Below are positions 55,685 through 63,165 of a DNA stretch of 64,000 nt, piece by piece. A model generated the notes under the pieces. It ran no database searches and had not been told where the DNA came from. It saw only the letters and a program-made list of their open reading frames with translations. Origin of the DNA: Fibrobacterales bacterium. Its GTDB lineage: Bacteria; Fibrobacterota; Fibrobacteria; Fibrobacterales; JAOPTW01. The DNA is taken from NCBI GenBank assembly GCA_051532035.1, contig JAOPTW010000011.1:62043-126042 (forward strand), given 5' to 3'. Every line of letters begins with the position of its first letter. Positions within the stretch are counted from its first letter, which is position 1. A program made the translations under genes and the position numbers.

Positions 55685-57883
55685 ATGGAGAAAAAAATGA
55701 AGTTAATAATTATTTTGACAACTGCTGTTTTTGTGATGATTGCGGGAGCGAGTGTACCACAAAAGGCTCTAATAGACCAATATGACCCATCTTATGGATG
55801 GGACTGGAATGATCATGATTGGTGGAATGCATTAAATGAACACATTACTTCCATTGAAATTCCCAAGCCAACCGTTCCAGAAAATTTCCATAGTGTTTTT
55901 AGTACAAATGAAAATAAGATGACAAAAGGTGATGGTTGGTTGCTCTATACCAGAAGATTGTTAGAGTCGGACTCTCGCGGGTATCAGAATTATTTTTTTG
56001 ATTATGGACTTGAAGAGAATGAACCTTATGAACACCCATATAATTTTGAAACCTTGGGGACAAAATTAAACGCGAGTGTAAAGTACTATGCCTTGTATAA
56101 TAAGTATACAGGTGTTTTAAGGTTCTTTATATTTAATGAATTTGATCCTGCTGATTTTCAAACTCTCAACCATGCCCTGGGACTAGAAATAAATGGTGCA
56201 ACTTATTCGTCTCATAGATTTTTCAGTACATCGGCCGACAATTATTATCCTAAGAACTATGCAAGTTATGGTCACGTAGTCAAAGGGCCTATACCGGCGG
56301 AGTATGAATTGTTGAATAGTGCTAATCTGCAAAAAAAATGGTTAATCGTCGATGTTCCACTTGATTATAATAATGATAATCTGAGTGCCGGTGAAGTGGA
56401 CTTTAAACTTACTACCCAAAAAGTGCGTGTAGATAAGATAAATCTAAATGGAACAATCGTGACAGAAGAAGAAGTTCCTAAAAATGATGGCGGATTTTTT
56501 GGGAGTTTGGTTGGGGCAGCGGCTAAAGGTGCTTTAAACTATTTTGCTCCTGTAATTGGCGGTTATGCAGGGCAGGAAATTGTGGATCAATTCACTGGAA
56601 TGTTTTTTAATGAAAACTCATGTTATGATGACCCGATGCTAGAGGCTATGCAGGTTAAGTTAGAGTCTTCTACTTCCGATAAACTTGCAAGCAATATAAA
56701 AGATTTGGATTTGGTTTCTAAGGTTACTAATAGAGGTGGAAGTACAGAAATTGTATTTAAAGAATCAAAGGTTAATCTGTCAGGAGAAATCACAAATGAC
56801 TCTGAAACATCATTAAGAGTATCTATGCCTGTAATAGGATCTAAATTTGAGAACGAAGCAGATGTTCCGTACCTTGCAAAATCAAAAGAGGTTTCTCAAT
56901 TAGGATTGTTTTATTTTAACAATCCTCCAAAGGCAACTCTATTTGGGCGAAAAGGTGGGGGAATTCATGAACTTCATATTGAAGACTTTACCAAATGTGG
57001 TAATTTGGTCATAAATCCAGAGTCTGGAAATGAACTTGTTGATTATAATGCTAATATTTCACTCACAGCCTCAACGTCACATTCGTATATGCAGGATGGA
57101 CATTTTGGTCCTATATATACAACGGATTATGGAACGTTGATATCGAATTCTTCTAATTTCCTGTCTCCTAGTCAATGGAGGTCAATACCCCTTTATTCGC
57201 CCACTGCTACTAATATTACATCACCAAAAATGACTATGAAAGTGTACTTAAAATTTAGGTATACTGATGGATATGGTCAGGTAAAATATAATGAGTTTGT
57301 ACAGAGCTATGACGTTAATGTATCTGTATCTATGGTTGACCCGAACGGAGTGCAACCATATAAATATGAATTCTGTGCGGAGCAACATAACAGATTGCAG
57401 GCTGGATTAGATAATTATAGTATGACATTTTGGTCAGATTGGCCAGTGTATTATGATTTAAATACTGAGGCAACAGGCGGTGATGCATTGTATAATGTTG
57501 GTTATATAGGTGTTGTAGATGCTTATGCAGATAATGTATATTACCCTGACACTTGGCGTATAACACATGCCTTGGATGAACAAAACGTATACACTAGCAT
57601 TAATGGGCCAGGTACATTGAAGTTCTCGTGGGCACTTGGGGAGGGAGAAAAAATTGCTATGAATGGCTATATGCCTGTTTCATCAGCTCAATTGAAATTG
57701 TATGTTGATGATGTTGAAGTTGAATTGACTTCTTTGCCATCGGACTGGATGCATGAAGAAATCGGAATAGAAAGTGGTGTTCATACAATTAGATGGGCTA
57801 TGGGGTCGGCATTGTTAGATCATGTAACATGGCAACCAATAAATATTGTACCTACTATTATTACACCTTTATTACTTAATTAA
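55685..57883 (+). CDS. Secreted 732-aa protein of unknown function, transcribed divergently from family copy 1
   Basis: Signal peptide MKLIIILTTAVFVMIAGASVP. No recognisable domain. The start could instead be ATG 55697. Confidence 0.7.
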   Translation: MEKKMKLIIILTTAVFVMIAGASVPQKALIDQYDPSYGWDWNDHDWWNALNEHITSIEIPKPTVPENFHSVFSTNENKMTKGDGWLLYTRRLLESDSRGYQNYFFDYGLEENEPYEHPYNFETLGTKLNASVKYYALYNKYTGVLRFFIFNEFDPADFQTLNHALGLEINGATYSSHRFFSTSADNYYPKNYASYGHVVKGPIPAEYELLNSANLQKKWLIVDVPLDYNNDNLSAGEVDFKLTTQKVRVDKINLNGTIVTEEEVPKNDGGFFGSLVGAAAKGALNYFAPVIGGYAGQEIVDQFTGMFFNENSCYDDPMLEAMQVKLESSTSDKLASNIKDLDLVSKVTNRGGSTEIVFKESKVNLSGEITNDSETSLRVSMPVIGSKFENEADVPYLAKSKEVSQLGLFYFNNPPKATLFGRKGGGIHELHIEDFTKCGNLVINPESGNELVDYNANISLTASTSHSYMQDGHFGPIYTTDYGTLISNSSNFLSPSQWRSIPLYSPTATNITSPKMTMKVYLKFRYTDGYGQVKYNEFVQSYDVNVSVSMVDPNGVQPYKYEFCAEQHNRLQAGLDNYSMTFWSDWPVYYDLNTEATGGDALYNVGYIGVVDAYADNVYYPDTWRITHALDEQNVYTSINGPGTLKFSWALGEGEKIAMNGYMPVSSAQLKLYVDDVEVELTSLPSDWMHEEIGIESGVHTIRWAMGSALLDHVTWQPINIVPTIITPLLLN

Positions 57884-57913
57884 TCACTACCAAGCAGAAT
57901 AAAGTAATTGAAT

Positions 57914-57962
57914 TACGCAGCATTTTTTCTATTCACTGAAGTGGAAAAATGCTGCGTACATT
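57914..57962 (+). terminator. Strong rho-independent terminator
   Basis: 14-bp stem tacgcagcattttt / aaaaatgctgcgta, followed by cattttg. Confidence 0.8.
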
Positions 57963-58057
57963 TTGTGAACAGATTTACATCTTCAAGCTAGGTACCTACC
58001 AATTGTACAGAAGACAAGTACCTTTCTTTGAATTAAAATATTCCTACTTATATTCAC

Positions 58058-58133
58058 AGTGGCTGAACACATAAGACAACCGAAACTGGTTTTTTAATTA
58101 AGAACGTATCGATTTCATGATACATGAGTATCT
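58058..58133. repeat. Junction motifs R2+R3 copy
   Basis: agtggctgaacacataagacaaccgaaactggttttttaattaagaacgtatcgatttcatgatacatg, matched against 43938-44007. Confidence 0.8.
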
Positions 58134-58201
58134 TCCTGTGGTGATACTCTATAGGGACTGGAAAGAATAGTATAGAGTGAATTCCTCGTGTTGACGTCCT
58201 C

Positions 58202-59020
58202 CTAAGCCAACCTCTCCTTCCCATCAACACCCACCGTCTTCAACCGTTTCTTTTTCAAATACTGCTGTCTCGCATACGGGCTATTAAACTCCTTGCGTAC
58301 TTCTGGGGAGTCTTGAAAGGCTACATCTATCCAATTTCTAATCTCGACTTCAGTTGCTCTGAGGAGTGAAATACACTGGTCGCGGATGGTTTTGTAATTC
58401 GTTGCACGGGACCGCTCTACTATAGCGAGCTTTTTGAGATCACGGAGTTCCGTTATGAGGGCGTCTGCTTCATCCCAGATGTGAGTATCAAAAATGACGG
58501 GGGAGTCTTCGAGGGGGAGTGCCCTGCCGAATAGAGCAAGGTCGGTGAGGTCTTTTAACACACCGTCCATCGCTTTTGATTTATTAAAAGAGATGATCCT
58601 TTTAATATGGCGTGGTTCTTTCATGCACACCAGTTTTAAAATTTTAACCATCTTAGAACGCAGTTCTTTTGCTTCAGGGGCGCGCTGTGTCCAGAGGTCA
58701 CGGTCGGTGGTTTCGGTGCGTAACTTTTGCTTAAAGAGTATGTCGGCGTGCTGTGCGGCCCGAGACTGCATGATTGCTTTATGCGCGGTCTCTTTGCTAA
58801 ACCCAAATGTCTTGAGTGCTTTTAAGTGATTGAGTGCAGTCTTACCCAGTTCTTCTACTTCAAAGAGGTACGTATCGATACGCATAGAGGGAATGTGGAG
58901 TGCATTGGTCGGTTGCGCAGTAATCTCGTCGATAATAAGGTCATAACACGCCTCAGGTTGGTCGGGAACCTTAGAGCTGGGCCTGGTATAGGGGCTTTTG
59001 CTATCGTTCTTGCTACTCAT
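58202..59020 (-). CDS. Uncharacterised 272-aa helical cytoplasmic protein, multi-copy family, full copy 2
   Basis: Same RBS and 5' region as copy 1. Mosaic identity pattern relative to copy 1. Lies immediately downstream of the left 21-bp repeat array. Confidence 0.8.
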   Translation of the reverse strand: MSSKNDSKSPYTRPSSKVPDQPEACYDLIIDEITAQPTNALHIPSMRIDTYLFEVEELGKTALNHLKALKTFGFSKETAHKAIMQSRAAQHADILFKQKLRTETTDRDLWTQRAPEAKELRSKMVKILKLVCMKEPRHIKRIISFNKSKAMDGVLKDLTDLALFGRALPLEDSPVIFDTHIWDEADALITELRDLKKLAIVERSRATNYKTIRDQCISLLRATEVEIRNWIDVAFQDSPEVRKEFNSPYARQQYLKKKRLKTVGVDGKERLA

Positions 59021-59029
59021 GGTGTCTCC

Positions 59030-59262
59030 CTCGGGTTAATTCCTATCCATATGCAACGGTTTGCTATAGATATTGGGTGGTTTGCTGTCCATATGTATGC
59101 TGATGCTATCCATATTGGGCAATTTCCTATCCATATGTTGTCGAATGCTATTGGTATGTGCAGGTTTGCTCTACCTATGCAAGCGGATGCTCTCCATATG
59201 TTGTAATTTCCTATCCATAGGTCACTCGATGCTATCCATATTGGGTTGATTCAGTATATCCT
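59030..59262 (-). repeat. Left array: ~11 tandem degenerate 21-bp units (consensus on + strand nnTGCTATCCATATGnnnnnn)
   Basis: The core CCATAT or a one-mismatch variant starts at 59047, 59068, 59089, 59110, 59131, 59152, 59173, 59194, 59215, 59236 and ~59257, an exact 21-bp phase. The copy-1 locus (55505-55560) has only 2-3 units. Confidence 0.9.
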
Positions 59263-59547
59263 TTCTTACCAGTATTGAGTAATTAAATATCTGTTTTTAC
59301 TAAAGATTTATGGATATTCAATGATTGTAAGTCATGCTATCTTAGCTATATCCAAATCTTTATTAAACTATTACCTGTATTCTATAATTCATTGCCAATA
59401 CTCAAAGGTATCAAATATTAAGTATTACTGTCTTATGATTCATATATCATGGTTTAATATAGAGCAACACTATTTAGAATTTTTCTGAGCTAGGCATTTA
59501 GATACTCAGTCCTTACAGTCAACTCATTATCCCTAGGAAAGCTTTAC
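59263..59547. other. AT-rich ORF-free spacer between the two inverted 21-bp arrays
   Basis: About 285 bp, visibly AT-rich, with no ORF of 60 aa or more on either strand. Confidence 0.7.
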
Positions 59548-59885
59548 TCAGATCTGTGACTCCATATGGCAGTAATTCAGGTCGAGTGTGTAGTAAAGCG
59601 TACGCAGATGGTAGGTAATTCGTGAGATATGGGTAGTATTTACTCAGATATTGGTTGTAATTGCCTCAATATGGACGGTATTCTATGAAATATGAGGGTA
59701 AATGAGCACAATAGGGTAGGGATTATACCGGAGATCGTATTGCGGAGACTGTATATGGTATGTAATGACCTGAATAGGGCATGCATTCTATTGAGTATGG
59801 GTGTAAATGAGGTCATTAGCGTCGTAATTGAACTGAATATCGGAGTAAATCACCCAGATTGACACTCAAATGTGTAGAATCTAGG
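59548..59885 (+). repeat. Right array: ~14-16 tandem degenerate 21-bp units in inverted orientation (consensus GTAAWTnnnnnnn(G)AATATGG)
   Basis: The core ATATGG or a variant starts at 59564 (inside the palindrome CCATATGG), 59585, 59606, 59627, 59648, 59669, 59690, 59711, 59732, 59753, 59774, 59795, 59816, 59837, 59858 and 59879, an exact 21-bp phase. AATATGGAyrGyA is the reverse complement of the left-array core. Confidence 0.9.
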
Positions 59886-59934
59886 GGTGGTTTGGAGCAG
59901 GGTGGTGTGTATGGGTGCGTATTAACGGTTCGAG

Positions 59935-60075
59935 GGGGAGTGGATGTTGTCTCTTGTGAATGATGTTGGTTTTTCCGTTGTAATTTGAGGGGGAATTTTT
60001 AGGTTTATGGTGTAAATTTACCTGCTGAGTGATAAGGGTTGTATTGGCTTGCGCATAATTACAACTGAAGTACAC
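59935..60075 (+). repeat. Repeat A, copy 1 (upstream leader shared with 62262-62400)
   Basis: Shared blocks: tctcttgtga.tgat, ttggttt...cgttgtaatt.a..gg.ga, ttacctgctg.gt.at.ag. Confidence 0.7.
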
Positions 60076-60092
60076 CAAAGAAATATTGTAAA

Positions 60093-60503
60093 ATGATGCA
60101 CTTAATATTGACTACTGCTCTAGGATTAATCTGCATATTGACGGGATTAATTAGCTTGAGAAAATACGATAGATTGAATAAAACATCATTCAAGTTTGGC
60201 GTTGCATATATTGTATTTACAGCTATTTTTAATTTCACAATTATATGGCTAGATTCTCAAGGACCCGACAATGGTATAATCATTTCCATGATGGTTTATA
60301 GTATAATAAATTTTCCATTCTCAATAATTGCCTATGCTAATTCGCCCTTAATATGGATGATTTTAATTTACTCTGGTTTAATTGGGACTATCGAATTTGT
60401 CTTGATAGGAAAATTAATAAATAACTTCACTTCAAGAAATGATGATGACGGAAACAGCAAGATAACATCTATATGTCCCCCCAAGTCAAGTGGAAAGCAT
60501 TGA
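60093..60503 (+). CDS. Small membrane protein (cassette gene 1)
   Basis: 136 aa with 4 hydrophobic helices. The last ~13 codons and the stop lie inside conserved module CR1. Confidence 0.6.
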   Translation: MMHLILTTALGLICILTGLISLRKYDRLNKTSFKFGVAYIVFTAIFNFTIIWLDSQGPDNGIIISMMVYSIINFPFSIIAYANSPLIWMILIYSGLIGTIEFVLIGKLINNFTSRNDDDGNSKITSICPPKSSGKH

Positions 60504-60768
60504 TTCCCCTCAAATAGTTTTACTTGACTTCTCACTCCTGAATCTCTTATACGACTCTATGGAAGAGTGAAATGACTTACCAGCGGATATAAGTCATATA
60601 CTCAATAATGTGTATTGTAAGGGAGGCGCTGTAATGCCTCTCTATGGTAGTATCTTTTGAGAATGGCGATAGTTTAATCAGAATGAGCAATCAGAGCTAG
60701 GGAAGGGTACAGCTTCAGTGGGAATTAGCTAGATTATTTGTTATAAATCAACTCTCTGTACAATAAGA
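60464..60768 (+). repeat. Conserved inter-cassette module CR, copy 1 (~305 bp)
   Basis: Left core AACATCTATATGTCCCCCC. IR aagtcaagt(31 nt)acttgactt at 60483-60530. Hairpin atgactta/taagtcat. Hairpin gggaggc..gcctc at 60621-60642. Block 60667-60737 is identical in CR3 and CR4. Right end ctgtaNrATAAGA. Confidence 0.9.
60738..60764 (+). promoter_or_regulatory. Sigma-70-like promoter candidate at the right end of CR1 (TTGTTA-15 nt-TACAAT), facing gene 60783
   Basis: The equivalent positions are TTGTTA-15-TAGAAT in CR3 (63020-63046) and GTGTTA-15-TATGAT in CR4 (63764-63790). All three -10 boxes keep TAnnAT despite substitutions. The spacer is short at 15 nt. Confidence 0.3.
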
Positions 60769-60782
60769 TTTAACTGCGACCT

Positions 60783-61166
60783 ATGATTAAATATTTACTC
60801 ACTTTGCTTTTGACTTGCTCAATTTTTAGCTGTGTCTCCACAGATTCTGAATCCTCTTGTTCTGTGGGAACGCCACTTACGCCTCAATTACAAATAAATA
60901 ACAACATTGACTTACGCCTTTCGGTTATATACGAAAAAATTATGTCCTTCCCAGTGCACTCACTAGATTCTCTAGTTACACTCAGTAGCTTGCCTAGAGA
61001 AGACTCTTTCAAAATATATTTGATTAACCTGTCATCAGAAACCACATCTAAAGATTCAGTCTCTTTTTCAACAATGAGTCATAACAGCTATTATCTAAAT
61101 ATTGATGAAGGGCCGAATAATTCGCTAGAATTTGACATTACCTATAAAGACAAATATTGCGAATAA
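60783..61166 (+). CDS. Small lipoprotein (cassette gene 2)
   Basis: Lipobox LLTCSIFSCVS. 127 aa. Followed at 61190-61208 by a vestigial CR left core (aacatctatagctcccccc). Confidence 0.6.
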   Translation: MIKYLLTLLLTCSIFSCVSTDSESSCSVGTPLTPQLQINNNIDLRLSVIYEKIMSFPVHSLDSLVTLSSLPREDSFKIYLINLSSETTSKDSVSFSTMSHNSYYLNIDEGPNNSLEFDITYKDKYCE

Positions 61167-61549
61167 CTTATTTGCAAAGTGTAGCAGTTAACATCTATAG
61201 CTCCCCCCGTTTATAATCGAGGGGGTTATACAGGTGATTTAAATTTCTTTAGTGCCCCAGTTTAATAATGAGAGTGCTCTATTGTAGATGTATGTTGTGG
61301 GGTACTCTTACCCCATTATTGAGATGTTTAGAGGTAGGGGAGTTTAAAAAAAATGTTCTTATACATCTTATTCAAAAATCATGTAACCTTTTCCAATAAT
61401 AGCGGCGTCAAATCCTTAGAGACAAAAAAAGAATATTTTGCATCTTGGTATTTACTATGAACTTTTACGCGGCTGAGACAAATCCTGACTTAGATTTGGA
61501 TTATTCTACAGCCTCGTATCCCCTCTAGACTAATTCATCATGAGGAAAC

Positions 61550-62062
61550 ATGAAATCCTTCGCAATTATAATCATCCTTCTTTGTTCGAGTCTGTATTCT
61601 AAATCGACCTATCATATGTTTGCTGTTCGCCCCCTAACTATAGGCGATCCTGATGCTAGCCATTTGCTTCCCACTAGAATTGTCTCGTATTATTGTCAGT
61701 ATAAATCACTGGTCTTTGCAATTGAGCCAATCTACATCTTTGATGGGGAATTTGGAAATGCAGGATACGGAGGCTCAACATCAATCATGTTTTTTGAAAA
61801 CGACAGAACTATATTTGCTCCAGGAGCAACTGTCTCTATTCTTAATCCCACTAATGGAAGTATTACACCGGAAATATTTTTTAGACTTCAATTGTTGAAT
61901 TCAAGGAACAAATGGTACTTGTTTGGCATGGAGGCATTGTTAGGGTATGGTCTAAAAAGAATGAATACAACCGCACTTATTCATGATACCGAAGCACAAA
62001 CATCAAGTGGCTTTACGTTTAGATTAGGCTTCGAAATTGGCTTTAAGTACAAACATAGATAA
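61550..62062 (+). CDS. Small secreted beta-barrel-like protein (cassette gene 3)
   Basis: Signal peptide. Alternating strands. Followed 32 nt later by the partial module CR2. Confidence 0.6.
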   Translation: MKSFAIIIILLCSSLYSKSTYHMFAVRPLTIGDPDASHLLPTRIVSYYCQYKSLVFAIEPIYIFDGEFGNAGYGGSTSIMFFENDRTIFAPGATVSILNPTNGSITPEIFFRLQLLNSRNKWYLFGMEALLGYGLKRMNTTALIHDTEAQTSSGFTFRLGFEIGFKYKHR

Positions 62063-62093
62063 AAGAAGAACAAAAATTAACTACAGAGGTGAT

Positions 62094-62176
62094 ACCATCT
62101 ATTTGCCCCCCAAGTCACGTAAAGAATCTTGATTCACCTCAAATTGTTTTACTTGGCTTCTCACTCCTGAATCTCA
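62094..62176 (+). repeat. CR copy 2 (left ~85 bp only), joined to repeat A copy 2
   Basis: accatctatttgccccccaagtcacgtaaagaatcttgattcacctcaaattgttttacttggcttctcactcctgaatctc, after which homology to CR1 ends. Confidence 0.85.
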
Positions 62177-62261
62177 CACTGCTCCCTGCATCGGTAACCT
62201 ATTCTCATATGGCTCTGCTTTCTGTATCAATTGAATGGGCGGTCCGGCATCTTACTGAGGA

Positions 62262-62400
62262 TGGGGAGTTGGGTGGTTTCTCTTGTGATTGATTGTGTAT
62301 TTGTAAGTGAATAGGGGGTGATATTTGGTTTGACGTTGTAATTGAATGGAGGATTAGTAGATTTATTGCATAGACTTACCTGCTGTGTAATCAGAGATAT
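62262..62400 (+). repeat. Repeat A, copy 2
   Basis: See 59935-60075. It lies directly upstream of gene 62406. Confidence 0.7.
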
Positions 62401-62405
62401 TTGGA

Positions 62406-62723
62406 ATGCTTCGACGACCAAAAGAAACTCAATTAGAAAAAGCCGACTTGTTTCCTGTAATAAGGTTTAATTACTTTCCTCTAGTTTTTGCATCAATATT
62501 ACTGCCAATTTTAAGTTTGGGATTTATCAACGTTAGTTATGGTAATAGAAGTAACCTTGATTTAAAGGTATACAGAAAAGTCGTTCGTCAAAAGTATGAA
62601 GTAGAAGAAAGAGGTTTTTACTATTTTAAAGACGGAAAACTAATTCTGCGCCCATTCTTTGGAACAATTGTAGGTGTATTTCTTTTCATAGCTTCGTTTG
62701 GTGTTATGACTTCGATACTATAA
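62406..62723 (+). CDS. Small membrane protein (cassette gene 4)
   Basis: 105 aa with two hydrophobic helices. Unrelated to the other cassette ORFs. Confidence 0.55.
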   Translation: MLRRPKETQLEKADLFPVIRFNYFPLVFASILLPILSLGFINVSYGNRSNLDLKVYRKVVRQKYEVEERGFYYFKDGKLILRPFFGTIVGVFLFIASFGVMTSIL

Positions 62724-62747
62724 GTATTTAGCGCCTAATCGACATAT

Positions 62748-63050
62748 ACCATCTATATACCCCCCCAAGCCAAGTAAAGAATCTTGATTCCCCTCAATTG
62801 TATTACTTGACTTCTCACTGCTGAATCTCTTATATGACTCTATAGTGGAGTGAAATGACTTAACAGCGGATACGCGTCATATACTCAATAATGTGTATTA
62901 TAAGGTGGTGCTATAATACCTCTCTATGGTAGTATCTTTTGAGAATGACGATAGTTTAATCAGAATGAGCAATCAGAGCTAGGGAAGGGTACAGCTTCAG
63001 TGGGAATTAGCTAGATTATTTGTTAGAAATCAACCCTCTGTAGAATAAGA
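62748..63050 (+). repeat. CR copy 3 (full length)
   Basis: Collinear with CR1. The hairpin at 62902-62924 carries a compensatory C-G to T-A change. Confidence 0.9.
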
Positions 63051-63165
63051 GCTAGCCTGCATCTACACCTAATTAATCATTAATTATAAAAAGTTTGAAC
63101 TTTCATTCACATTTTAATATTACCCATCGTCTAAAGATGTATAACATTCAAAAATCAGGAAAAAT

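Noticed and set aside
54658-59020. The 272-aa family as a polymorphic toxin with orphan C-terminal modules and neighbouring small immunity genes
   Set aside because: The extreme C-terminus is conserved rather than variable. There is no secretion signal, no Rhs/CDI/PAAR-type delivery region and no recognisable toxin motif. The idea is retained only as a remote alternative within the family finding.
58826-59206. 126-aa plus-strand ORF with a 7-residue periodicity (..FAIDIGW FAVHMYA DAIHIGQ FPIHMLS..)
   Set aside because: The periodicity is a translation artefact of the 21-bp DNA repeats. The ORF overlaps the 5' end of gene 58202..59020 on the opposite strand and has no RBS.
59905-59945. tRNA-like T-arm sequence ggttcgaggg
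   Set aside because: No acceptor stem, D-arm or anticodon stem can be drawn around it. It lies in the G-rich junction between the right array and repeat A.
59881-60078. Minus-strand ORFs 59881..60078 and 62227..62421 share LITQQV.L..K..N.P.NYN, suggesting a conserved small protein
   Set aside because: The similarity follows the nucleotide-level repeat A and is patchy, with indels that would shift the frame. The composition is low-complexity and there is no RBS. It is more likely non-coding conservation.
60464-60530. Canonical integron attC site at the cassette boundaries
   Set aside because: The inverted repeat aagtcaagt(31)acttgactt does not carry the R''/R' boxes (RYYYAAC ... GTTRRRY). 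The conserved unit is ~305 bp rather than 60-140 bp. No intI-like tyrosine recombinase is seen. I therefore describe the locus only as integron-like in organisation.
62089-62292. 67-aa plus-strand ORF starting inside CR2
   Set aside because: It begins within the conserved non-coding module (the same sequence is non-coding in CR1, CR3 and CR4, where the stops differ) and runs into repeat A. It is probably spurious.
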